In this document: positions 42,756 through 52,907 of the stretch, piece by piece
How positions within the stretch are numbered: position 1 is the stretch's first letter
Layout: each line of letters starts with the position of its first letter
The notes under the pieces: generated by a model
Seen by the model: only the letters and a program-made list of their open reading frames with translations
The model's database searches: none
Told to the model about the DNA's origin: nothing
Program-made: the position numbers and the translations under genes
Source: Felis catus
Lineage: Eukaryota
NCBI RefSeq assembly: GCF_018350175.1
Contig: NC_058372.1
Location: 30,380,001 to 30,444,000, forward strand
Direction of reading: 5' to 3'
Length of the DNA stretch: 64,000 nt

Positions 42756-43259
42756 CTCCTCCCTTCACCCCCCAGAGCTGTGTTTTTCCTTGAAGGTAGT
42801 GGCTAAAGGGGCCTTCAGGCAACCAGGCAGGCAGCAGGGGAGAAGTGCTAGGCCCTCAGGGATCATTCCTCACTCTGTGCTCCGTCTTCCAGAGCATTGC
42901 TTGCCTTCCCCTGTAATGACCCCTGTCACCGATAGAAGGGACCCAAGAGAAAATGCAGTGTGGAGTCTGCTGAGGACTATGTGGCTCTGAGAATAAGGAT
43001 GGTTGGAGATGCTTTGCGGTTTGAGATCCCCTTCTTCCACCTTCCAAATGGGCTAAGGTTGGGACAAGTGCATTCGGAGGCAGGAGGTGGGTGGGAATGC
43101 CACAGATGGCCTTCTCAGAGAGTAGAGGCCATAGGAATTGATTTGATTGTTTCAAGTAACCAGAAAAAGAATATTTTACCAACACTTCTTTACCAACCCT
43201 GAATTAAGACATACTAGCATCTCAGCATCTGTATTTGGCAGCACTAAAGGTTTACATTC

Positions 43260-43265
43260 TTTATT
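43260..43265 (-). terminator. LTB poly(A) signal
   Basis: TTTATT on + (AATAAA on -), about 145 nt after the stop codon. Confidence 0.75.
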
Positions 43266-43409
43266 TTCTTCAGGCTCGAAATCAATTTTCAAACAGTCTC
43301 CTACATTTTTCCCACTGCCACGGGGTCCCTGGAGGCCGGGTCCCCAATATCTGGGCTGGGTCACACATTCCAGCCATGCAGTCGCTTTCCCCGGGGCCGC
43401 AAGCGGCCC

Positions 43410-45197
43410 TCACCCCACCATCACAGCCCCAAAGAAGGTCTTCCCTCTCCTGTAGTCCACCATATCGGGGTGACTGATATTGACGTACACCCTCTCGCCC
43501 CTCCGGAGCTGTACCAGGCCCCCGAAGCCCACACTCGTGTACCAGAGAGGCCCGTACTCGTGCGTCCGGGACGGGTCCAAGACCGGGGTCACGGTCTCTG
43601 CGCCCTCCAGCAGCAGCTCGGGAGTCCCCGGTCCATACGCGCCCCCCGTCCGGTACAGCCGGCTGCGCAGCGTGACCGAGTGGTCAAGGAGGCCCCCGCC
43701 GGCAGGGGGCGCCCGACCCCGGTAGCCGACGTGACAGTAGAGGTAATAGAGGCCGTCCTGTGGGAGCGCCAGTCCCTCGGCGCCGGAGAACTGCGTCCCG
43801 CTCCTCAAAAACGCCTCTTCTTTCTTGGCCTCCCAGCCTAGCCCCTGCCCCTTCGTCCAGGCACCTGCGGAGAAACGGGCCTGTCGGCTCTCGGGAACCC
43901 CATCCCAGAGGAATGATCTAGGCCCGGGACTTCTGGGAGGGTGAGCATGAAGGAGAATGGGGACTTTCAACCCCCTGCAGGGACTTTCAACCTCCCACCC
44001 CCCGCCGGAGACGGGAGTGGGGGATGGTGGGGGGCGAAGGCCGTGGTGCCACCCCTGCAATGATTATGACTAAGGGGACTAATAGCACCAGAGTGTGGGG
44101 TACGGGGCGCTGTGGTGGGGAGATCCAGGCCAGGTTTTGCCTGCTCCAGGAGGGAAGCAAGAAGCGAATAGGGGAGAAGGGTTAGGGACAAGCGGTGGTG
44201 AAGCAGGTCGGAAACACAGCCCCGCAATAACGGAGCAAAGGGATTCGGGCGGGCAGAACTGCACCCTTGACTATCTATGAGATCCTTACCTATGAGGTGG
44301 GCAGCTGGGAGCCTGGAGCTGAAATCTTTTCCTGCCTCTTCCTCTGGCAGCACCTGTGTCCCTGGAAGGGGCGAAGAGTCCACGATTGGGGGCCAGGGTG
44401 GCCATCCATGCATGGTCCCCCTGAGAGGACCGGGCGCCAGGGCCCAAGGATGGGGCACCTGGATTCCGGGAGGAAAAGCTCTTCTGGGGATGCAGATGAA
44501 TGGGAGCTGGGCATCCCTGAAGGGCTGGAGCAGGGGAGGGGGTGATGGTCTGCTCTTACCCAATCGCTGCTGGGCCTGGGCCTGTGCCCCCGGGTCAGCC
44601 GTCCCTGTTACCTGGGTGGGTGGGGTCACAGTGCCCAGAGTTCAGTTTTAGCTGATGCCAACCCCACCCCTCCCAACATAAACCCAAGCTCCAGGCCTAG
44701 GGTTTTTCCTACCAGTCCCATCCCCAACATACATCTATCTCCCTGGAAGGGAGAACAAGCAGAACATGTGTACTTGGGCAGAGACAGAGGCCTGAGTATG
44801 TCTTGGGAAGAGGAGAACAGCCAGCCAGACAGCAAGGAAGGAGCTTGGAGATATCAGAACACAACAGCATCACAGGATCTTGGAAAGAGGGCCAGCAAAG
44901 AGACGGACAAGGCATCCCCACCGAGGACGGCCAGGCCAACTGAGCAGGATGGGGCAAGAGGCCCCCCAGGCATAGCCAGAGATAAGTGAGCCTCAGCCAC
45001 ATACAGCCCTCCTAGGGCTGGTTGCAGCTACTCACCTGTCCTCCCTGCTCTTGGGGCACCAAGGCCAGCACAGCCAGGACAGTGATAGGCACAGCCAGCA
45101 GCAGGGTCACCAGGGAGGTGGCTCCTGCCACAGCCAGCAGGAGGCAGCCCTTCCCCTGGGGCCTCCTACCCCGGCCCTCTAGCCCCAGTGTCCCCAT
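43410..45197 (-). CDS. LTB: Lymphotoxin beta, 246 aa (type II membrane TNF-family ligand)
   Basis: Exons 45197-45036 (162 nt, TM segment), 44611-44560 (52), 44361-44290 (72, ...LPAAHLI), 43864-43410 (455, ends GKTFFGAVMVG*) = 741 nt. Confidence 0.97.
43696..43714 (+). promoter_or_regulatory. Candidate CTCF site inside LTB exon 4
   Basis: CCGCCGGCAGGGGGCGCCC closely matches the CTCF consensus; CTCF binding in the last exon of human LTB has been reported. Confidence 0.7.
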
Positions 45198-45282
45198 GGA
45201 GACTGAGCCAGGGCCAGGGCAGGGGGGCTTTCATACCTCAGGGGTGGGGCCACCCCCTCCCCATAGACCCACACACCTGGCT

Positions 45283-45325
45283 GGGACTTTCCGCACACCC
45301 CTGCTCCCCTCACCCAGCTTCCTGT
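45283..45325 (-). promoter_or_regulatory. LTB promoter NF-kB and ETS sites
   Basis: GGGACTTTCC 45283-45292; CTTCCTG near 45318; TATGAAA TATA-like sequence on - near 45230. Confidence 0.8.
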
Positions 45326-46090
45326 TTACCCAGAGCTGGGGTGGGGCAGCTGGATGCCCGGGTTCTCTGAACTGGGGAAGGAGTTGGGGTGAAGAGACAG
45401 GCTTGTAGGTTAGAGCTGGAGGGGGGCCTTAGAGATCATCTGGTTCAGCAGGGAGGGAAACTGAGGCCCAGGGAGGGAAGGCAGCTTACAGAAAGTCAGG
45501 CAACAAAGCTGCAATGAGAACACAGAAGTCCAGATTTCCAGGACAGTCTGCATTCTTCTACACCCCGGCGGTGGGTGCTGGAGGAAGGACTGTGTCCATG
45601 TCCTTGAGAACTTGAGGGATGGATGGCTGCGTTCCTGAGAAGAACTTATGCCCACACTGGACCAACCTCCTCCTTCCATTCCCTTGCTCATCCCTAACCC
45701 CGAGAGCCTGGTGAGCAGCAGAGTTCAGCCCGTCCACAGAAATAGCAGCTGAAAGGGGCCTCAGCCTCACCACTGACTATCATCTCGCTGAGGAGGGATG
45801 GAAATGAGCATCACCTCCCTTGCTACACAGAGTGTAGACAGGAGAGCGGTGAGGCATAGCCCCACCTCAAAGAGCCTTGCTGTCTAGCATGAGCCCCATC
45901 CATTCAGTAGGTGAGACTAAATGTTTATGAATAAATGAAGAAAGGACAAATGAATGAATGAGCAAAACAAAGCAACAAGGATCCAACAAATGGTATGGTA
46001 GACAGTGCAGTGGGAGTTACAGGGAGGAAGGACCAGGTCCAAGGAAGTTGGAGGTGGTCCTAGATCATCACCCCATCTCTGTCATCAAGT

Positions 46091-46660
46091 AATAATAATA
46101 ATAATAATAATAATGCTATTATACAAGTAGCAGTTAGCACATGGTTGCCACTGACCTACACACTTTATGCATAGAAATTCTTTTAATCCTGACACAAACC
46201 TTAAGAAACTGAGGCACAGAGAGGTTAAGGAACTTCTAGAAGGCCACACAGTAGTGGCAGAGTCAGGATTTGAACCCAGGCTATCTGCCTCCAGAGCCCT
46301 GACCACAAGACAGTTTAAAAGCTGAATGCTGACTTCAGATTTGTGCATTTTAGTGTATGTAAATCTTGCCTTCCTCAGCCCCCCAAAAAAGAAATGGGGA
46401 AACAAAAGCTTGACTCAAGTCAACGATAAGCATGGTAAAAAGGTTTAGAGGCAGGGGTGCCTGGGTGGCTCAGTTGACTGAGCGTCTGACTTTGGCTCAG
46501 GTCATGGTCTCACGGTTCATGAGTTCAGCCCTGCATCAGGCTCTCTGCTGTCAACGCAGGGAGCCTGCTTCAGATCCTCTGTCACGTTCTCTCTGCCCCT
46601 CCCCTGCTTGCACAACGTGCGCTCACTCTCTCTCAAAAATAAATAAACGTTTAAAAATTA
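46091..46660. mobile_element. (AAT)8, a MIR (about 46120-46310) and a CanSINE (46454-46660)
   Basis: AGAAACTGAGGCACAGAGAGGTTAAG MIR core; canonical SINE head and tail. Confidence 0.8.
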
Positions 46661-48059
46661 GTTAACTTTTAAAAAGGTTTAGAGGTAAAATGTACTGATG
46701 TTTGCAACTTTGAAAGGTATCAAAAAATGAGATAGATAGGTATGTAATAAAGCACTATAGAAAATGTCGGTTTTAGAGTCTACGTGGTAGGGATATGTTC
46801 ACTGTAAAATTGTCTCAATTTTGTTCTGTTTGAGCATTTTAATAATAATAAAATGTGTTAAAATTTTTTTCAAAAACAACCCTAAATATTGCCCACCATC
46901 CAGCATGGGGAACCTTGGGGGGGGGGGGTGGGGGGAGGGGGAAGAAATGCCAGGAAGTTTCTGAATTTGAAGAAGGAAATGCAAATGCATGTGGACGCAA
47001 GCATCAGACATCCTCCTTTTCCTCTTGCCTCCACATGAGGTCCCCAGTCTTCACCCTCCTCAAGAACTGGGTGTGCAGTCCTCCAGCACCCATCTCCCTC
47101 TCCATCTCAGTACCACTAAGAGGCCTTCATCTAGGTCTCTGTCCAGAAGTTTTTGGATCACTGCCCTTATTTTTGTGCTCAACCGCAGAATGCTGCCTCC
47201 TACAAGAAGTCCACCTAGATTGTCCACACTTCCTTTCCCAACACCGACTCGCCATCAGCTTTCTGTCCTAGACTATCAGCAGTACTCATGTACATCTAGT
47301 CTCTCGTCTGTCTACTGGTCTGTCTACCAGCAGGCCGCAGACTCTGGATAAGCGGGGAGAGAGCAGGAACCCTGGGGAGCAGGGGGGGGGGGAGGGGGGA
47401 GGGGGAGGGGAGGCAGTCACACCCCACAGTGAGGTGAAGCTGAGGGAAGAGAGTACGGCTTTGAGGTTCCCGGGGCCCTGGAGTCATCTGCTGTCCAGCC
47501 TCTGCCTCTGCTCCCTAAAGAATTTAATACAATCCACTTCTGCCCCCACTTCTCTTCGTGGCTACCTCAGGCTCTCTCCTCTCCACCTGTGTTTCTGCTC
47601 CCCAATCCAACCACACGCATACCCCCAGCATTCTTCTTCAACCCAGGAGGGTCCCAGTTTCTAGACCCTGGTCAGTGCAGCTGGCTCTGGTGTGAAGTCA
47701 GCTACCCCCTCTTTGTCCTCAAACAGGAACCAGTGGTTACGGGGCAGGAAGTGCCTGAGGGGAAGTTATGGGGCCCAGACACTCCTCCATGCCCTACTTC
47801 AGCCCTAGCAGTATCTGCCCATGGGAAGTGGCTCTCCACCCGAATTGGGCCCTGCTCTCCTGAGTGGCTCTGGGGCTGGGGGAGCGGCCCCAACTGCCAG
47901 ATAGTCCTGGACACCACCCTCCCTGTTTTTCACGGGTCCACACACACACTCAAAACCGTGTTTCCTCCTCCTCCAACAGCCACTCACCAGAACCTAAAAC
48001 CATCCCGTGCTGGAGAGGCCCCTATGAACTACCCGGTCAGCCGAGGGCAGAGGAATAGG

Positions 48060-48390
48060 GGTATATGCTGGGGCTGACACAGCTGGCTTTGAACCCCAGC
48101 TCTGCCACTTCTGGGCTGGACCTCCTTGTAAGTAAGAGTCTGAACTCAAGCCTGAGGTTCCCCACCAGGGAAACAGGCACCGTAGTACCCCACGTTGTGG
48201 GGATTCGCAGTGACAAATGGAAAGTGCCCGGTTCAGGGTTGGCACATAAGTGGGGCTCCTCAGCCCTGGAACAATTGTAACAGAGGGCCCCGCACTTCAC
48301 AGATGAGGAACTTGAGGCACGTGACTCTCCCCGGGGCCATTTAGCCTAGCAGAGCAGGGACCAGGTTTCCTGACTTCCAGGCCAGTCTTC
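48060..48390. mobile_element. Inverted MIR pair; the second copy overlaps LST1 exon 2
   Basis: + copy TTTGAACCCCAGCTCTGCCACTT... (48060-48260); - copy TTCACAGATGAGGAACTTGAGGC... (48295-48390). Confidence 0.65.
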
Positions 48391-48403
48391 AGTGCTCGAC
48401 CTA

Positions 48404-49828
48404 ATGGCAGCTTATAAGGAATGGAAAGAGGGTAAGGTAGCCCTCTGCACAGGGGAGGGTTGTGGGTAAACAGCAGTGTGTGCGTTCATGAGTAGGTGGT
48501 CAGAGGACACTCGGTCCAGGTGGGCAGGGGACCTCATGGGGAGGCCCAGAGACGGCACAGATGGCAGTGGGAAGCCTCTGAGGGGCCGGTGGTCATGGGT
48601 GTGGGTGAGGTAACAGGTGAGAGGTGGGCACCTCTGGTAGGAGGTGAGATAAACCAGATCCGGATGAAGAATCTGAGTCTGCTTTTCTGCCTCTAACGCT
48701 GTTGGATAGGGAAGCTGAGATACCCTCGGCCAACCAGGAGGATGGGGGAAGCTGAAGGGAGAAATGGGTCCCTGATACCTACCCCTTCTCGCCGCAGGTA
48801 TATGCCTTTACTTATTTGGCAGCAGCCTGGGGCTGGGGGGGCTCCTGCTCCTGGCTGTGGTCGTTCTGTCTGCCTGTCTGTGTCGGCTCCATCGGAAAGG
48901 TGAGCCCCAGCCTCACCTCCCTCATTCGCCCACCACAATGCCCCGTGTTGCCCCCACGCACCCCCTCTCCCGCTGCTTTCCCAGAAGGCCCCGTCAATTC
49001 CCACACACCCTGGGAGAGGAGGGTGGGAGAGAGGGGAGGACGGTGTCCAAAGAGAGAGGCAGGCGGGCGTTTGGTTTGGGCCATGGGAACCACAGAGATG
49101 TCAGCAAGTGAGGCAACACCGCTGGGGTTGGGAGAGTGATGGGGGAAGGGGGGGGGGGGCCTGCTGAGTTTCTTCTTTTCTTCCAGTGAGGAGGCTGGAG
49201 AGGAGCTGGGTGAGTCTGGGGGCAGGGGAGTGGGTGATGGGGACGAGCAGGCTGAGGGCTGAGAAGGGAGAGCAAGAGAAGAGAGGGAACACAGGGGCAC
49301 GAGAGAGCCAGAGATGCAGAGAAAAAAAGGGGGAGAAAAAGAGAAATAAGGATGAGAAGAAAAGCAGAGAGAAAGGGTATAGAGAAAGGAAAAGGTAATA
49401 AGAAAGGAGAAAGAGTGTGGAGAGCAGTGAGAGAGACAGAGAGTGAGAGAGAAAATCAGATGGAGAAGGAGAGAGATGCAGGGGGAGGGAAAAAGAGAGA
49501 GAATAATGACAACAGAGACGCAGGGAGGAAGGCAATGAGAGAAATGAGCAGGAGTTTAGGCTGGCAGAGACAGAGGGCAGCGAGCACTGAGGAGGCAATG
49601 AGGTACAGCGGGGTGGGCAGCAGCACAAGGAAGGACCCAGGGGAGGGGGCTCCTCCGGTGACCTCCCAGCAGCACCTTCTACCCTCGCACCAGGCCCAGC
49701 TCTCAGAGCAAGAGCTCCACTACGCATCTCTGCTGTCCGTGCCTTGCCGTGAGGGGCCTGGCCTCAGCCAAAGGGAAGGCTCCAAGGAGGACCCCAGCAG
49801 TGACTATGCCTGCATTGCCAAGAACTAA
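48404..49828 (+). CDS. LST1: Leukocyte-specific transcript 1, 95-aa transmembrane adaptor with two ITIMs
   Basis: Exons 48404-48431 (28 nt), 48798-48899 (102), 49187-49209 (23), 49694-49828 (135) = 288 nt; [95 protein letters not shown]. Confidence 0.9.
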
Positions 49829-50380
49829 TCCACCTGAGCTCCCCCAAACGCCTTCCCCCAACCCAGGACTGTGGCCCACCCAGTAAAGACCGTGGTCTCA
49901 CCACCTTCTGTGCCTTGGGGTTCTCAGTTCAACTCAACTCAGTCCCATTTCAGCATGACCGCCATCAAAACTTAAGCAAGGTTATCTTCCCACCCACTCT
50001 GGGGTCGAGTAGTGATTTCTCGGGTGTTTAGGAACCCAAGCTTCCCTGAAGTCCAGAAAGAGTACATGTGTGAGCCTGGCTGGAATGGGGAGTTAACAGG
50101 TGGGGCTAATCCGATCCCATATGCCCCATTTCTCAGGAGAATCAGACCTAGCCCCCTGCACCCCAGAGAGGTGGAGGTGTTGAGTCCTGGATGGTGATGG
50201 GAGAGGCTCCAGACACAATTACTGGGAAGGTCGCTCCTTGGACCTTTCCAGGCCAGGCTTGGCAGAAGGGAGAGTTAGGAAGAGTCAGGGGACCCCAGAG
50301 AGGGACATTTTGGGGTACCTGGAGAATGGAAAAGGAAAAACATGAGACTCATAAGGAGTTAGTGGTGGGGCAGAGAAGGA

Positions 50381-50386
50381 TTTATT
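50381..50386 (-). terminator. Proximal NCR3 poly(A) signal (c-type last exon)
   Basis: TTTATT on +, about 50 nt after the c-type stop at 50434. Confidence 0.75.
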
Positions 50387-50433
50387 GGGGTCTCTTGAAG
50401 AGGGTTGGGATGGCTGAGGTCTCGAATCACTCA

Positions 50434-51734
50434 TCAGAGGCCATCTGAGGAGTGGCAGCATGTTCCCAGGTGACAGTGGCCTGCAGGAGAGACAACAGGG
50501 GTTGCCCATCGCCACAGCCCTCCTCTTCCTGGTCTCTGTCTCCCCCTCCTCCAGCTCTCTTCCACCATTGCCCTGGCCCCATTCCTTACATTTGCCTTGG
50601 TAATAGATGGTGCTGCCCATGGCCACAGAGATAAAGCTGAAGGCATAGAATGCCGCCCGAAGGAGGAGGACTGTGCTGGCCCCCAGCCAAGGAGGTCCTG
50701 AATGTAGGCGGTAGAAGGAAGGGCTTGGTAAGGGGGGGGCCTCAAGAAGAAGCATGCACAGGCTCAGGGAGGGACAGAGAGCAGGAGGCCTCAGGGAAAG
50801 ATTCCCAACTTCCGGGGAGAGGGGCCTCCCACCTCACCTTTTTCTATCACCAGCAGAGTCCCATTCCCTGTTCCAGCACCAAGACCCAGCACCTCCACCC
50901 TGCACACGTAGACTCCAGTGTCACAGTCTTGGGTATCCCAGATGTGCAGCTCAGCCTGGTGGTCACAGAGGAAACGGGAAGAGGCAAGAGGGGCCAGGCG
51001 GCCCCTGAACTCTGGCGTCTCATTCCTCACTTCCTTCCCTGGGGCCACCTTGTCCCGGTACCACGCGACAGAGCCAATGGCCAGTCTCCCTCTGCTGGCA
51101 TTGAAGGAGCAGGGCAAGAGGGCAGCAGAGCCCTCCTGGGTACGAATCTCAGGGGGCTGGAACACCCAGAGAACACAGGATCCTGGCAGGCAGAGAGAAG
51201 ACCCAGAGAAATGCCTCCCCACTTACAGTAAAGAGAAAGGACCAAGAGCTTGCCGTAGAATATCCCAGCTGTGTCCCCAACTCACGGAGGACCCAGAGGG
51301 CCAAGCACTTTGGTACCTCATGAAACCCTTTTCTCTCCACCAGGCTAATTTCTTAACATTGCTTATTTAAATAGTTTTTCGGGGGCACCTGGGTGGCTCA
51401 GTCACTTGAACATCTAACTTTTGATTTTGACACAGACCCAGGGTCATGGGATGGAGCCCCCATGTCGTGCTCTGTGCTGAGTGTGGAGCCTACTTAAGAT
51501 TCTCTCTCCCTCTGTCCCTCTTCCCTGATCAATCATGCTCTCTCTCTAAAATAAATAAATATTGGTGCACCTGGGTGGCTCAGTCAGTTAAGCACCTGAC
51601 TCTTGGTTTCAGCTCAGGTCATGATCTCACAGTTTGTGAGTTCAAGCCCCATGTGGGGCTTTGCACTGACAGTGCAGAGCCTGCTTGAGATTCTCACTCT
51701 CTCTCTCTCTCTGCCCCTCCCCTGCTCATGCTCG

Positions 51735-51765
<31 letters not shown>

Positions 51766-52907
51766 AAAATAAATAAACCTTTAACAAAATATTTAAAATA
51801 AATAAATAATAAAAATTAATTTTTCAAATTCTTTCTTATACCAACTGTCATCCTTGCCCCCTCCCATCACTCCCCTGCTACATTCACTAGTAGGTTCTTG
51901 CTGAAATTTAACCTGTCACATTAAAATTGAAGTTCATTGATGAACGTGGCTCCCTAGTTAACTAATAATTAACTATATTATTCCAGGTATTATTTTCACA
52001 CCAGTGACATACTATATATAGTACACCACCCTTGCTACTTTGTTTTTTGTTAAAGAGCATTAACTAATTAAGTCTTCTGGTGACGACGTGGCTATAATTG
52101 ATGAAAATCCCTAACTCATCCAAATTGATGAATTAAACCAATTAGTAAAATCTCCAATTGGATTCTCTAGTTGATGAAATTCACCTGCCATTCTTCTATT
52201 TCAGAAGTTCTCAAATTTAAGAGCACATGGGAATCACCCAGAGTGTTTGTTCAAATAGATTCCTGGGCCCTACCCCCAGAGACATTTACTCAGTGGTTTT
52301 AGAGTAGGGCCTGAGAATTTGCCCCAGGTTCCCAGCTGATGCTAAAACTTTGGGTCTGGAGTCCACACTGCATGTAGTTAATGGATATGACTCATAGTTA
52401 AAGTCTCTCAGTTAATTAAAATCAGTTTCATTAAGAAACTTCCCTTAGAGTTAATTAGGTCTCCCAAACTCCTAATTACATCTAGACCCTAGATAATAAG
52501 ACTTGTTTAATAGGCTTATTAAGCTCATCAAATTAAAATTGACCCCTTCAGAAAAAAAATTCACCTCTTCCTTCTTTAAGCCCTTTATACTGGTTCTTTC
52601 AACTTTATCTTACTAGGGTGGCAGCTGAGAAGAAAGGGCCTCTGGGATGGAAGCTGGGGAGTGACGCTCCCAGCGGACAACACGGAGACATGGAGGGAAT
52701 TGTGAACTGGGGGGTGTCCGCGTTGCATCAGCTTTACGGAGGGCCCCACCTGCTCCCAGTTTCCTTTCCTGGCCACTCCCCTCAGGCCTCCAGGTCAGCC
52801 TCCCCCCATCCACCCTCCTCCCAGCCGCACACCCCCTCAGGGTTCTGGGAGAAAGCCCTCTCACCTGGATGGACCATGATAACGATGAGCAACAGCATCC
52901 GGGGCAT
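50434..52907 (-). CDS. NCR3: Natural cytotoxicity triggering receptor 3 (NKp30), c-type isoform, 180 aa, intact
   Basis: Exons 52907-52865 (43 nt, leader MPRMLLLIVIMVHP), 51182-50838 (345, IgV), 50697-50590 (108, TM with Arg in LLLRAAF), 50480-50434 (47, CHCHLGTCCHSSDGL*). Alternative acceptors at 50318 and 50257. Confidence 0.95.
51381..51815 (+). mobile_element. Two tandem CanSINEs in NCR3 intron 1
   Basis: Heads at 51381 and 51565; (CT)n and A tails. Confidence 0.9.
52198..52375. mobile_element. MER5A-like hAT DNA transposon relic in NCR3 intron 1
   Basis: GTTCTCAAA...GAATCACC...ATTCCTGGGCCCTACCCCCAGAGA...GGGCCTGAGAATTTG...GATGCT. Confidence 0.7.

Noticed and set aside
49101-49727. 208-aa minus-strand ORF and 158-aa plus-strand ORF over LST1 intron 4
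   Set aside because: These arise from GA/CT low-complexity sequence that lacks stop codons; only the last 135 nt of the plus ORF is the real exon.
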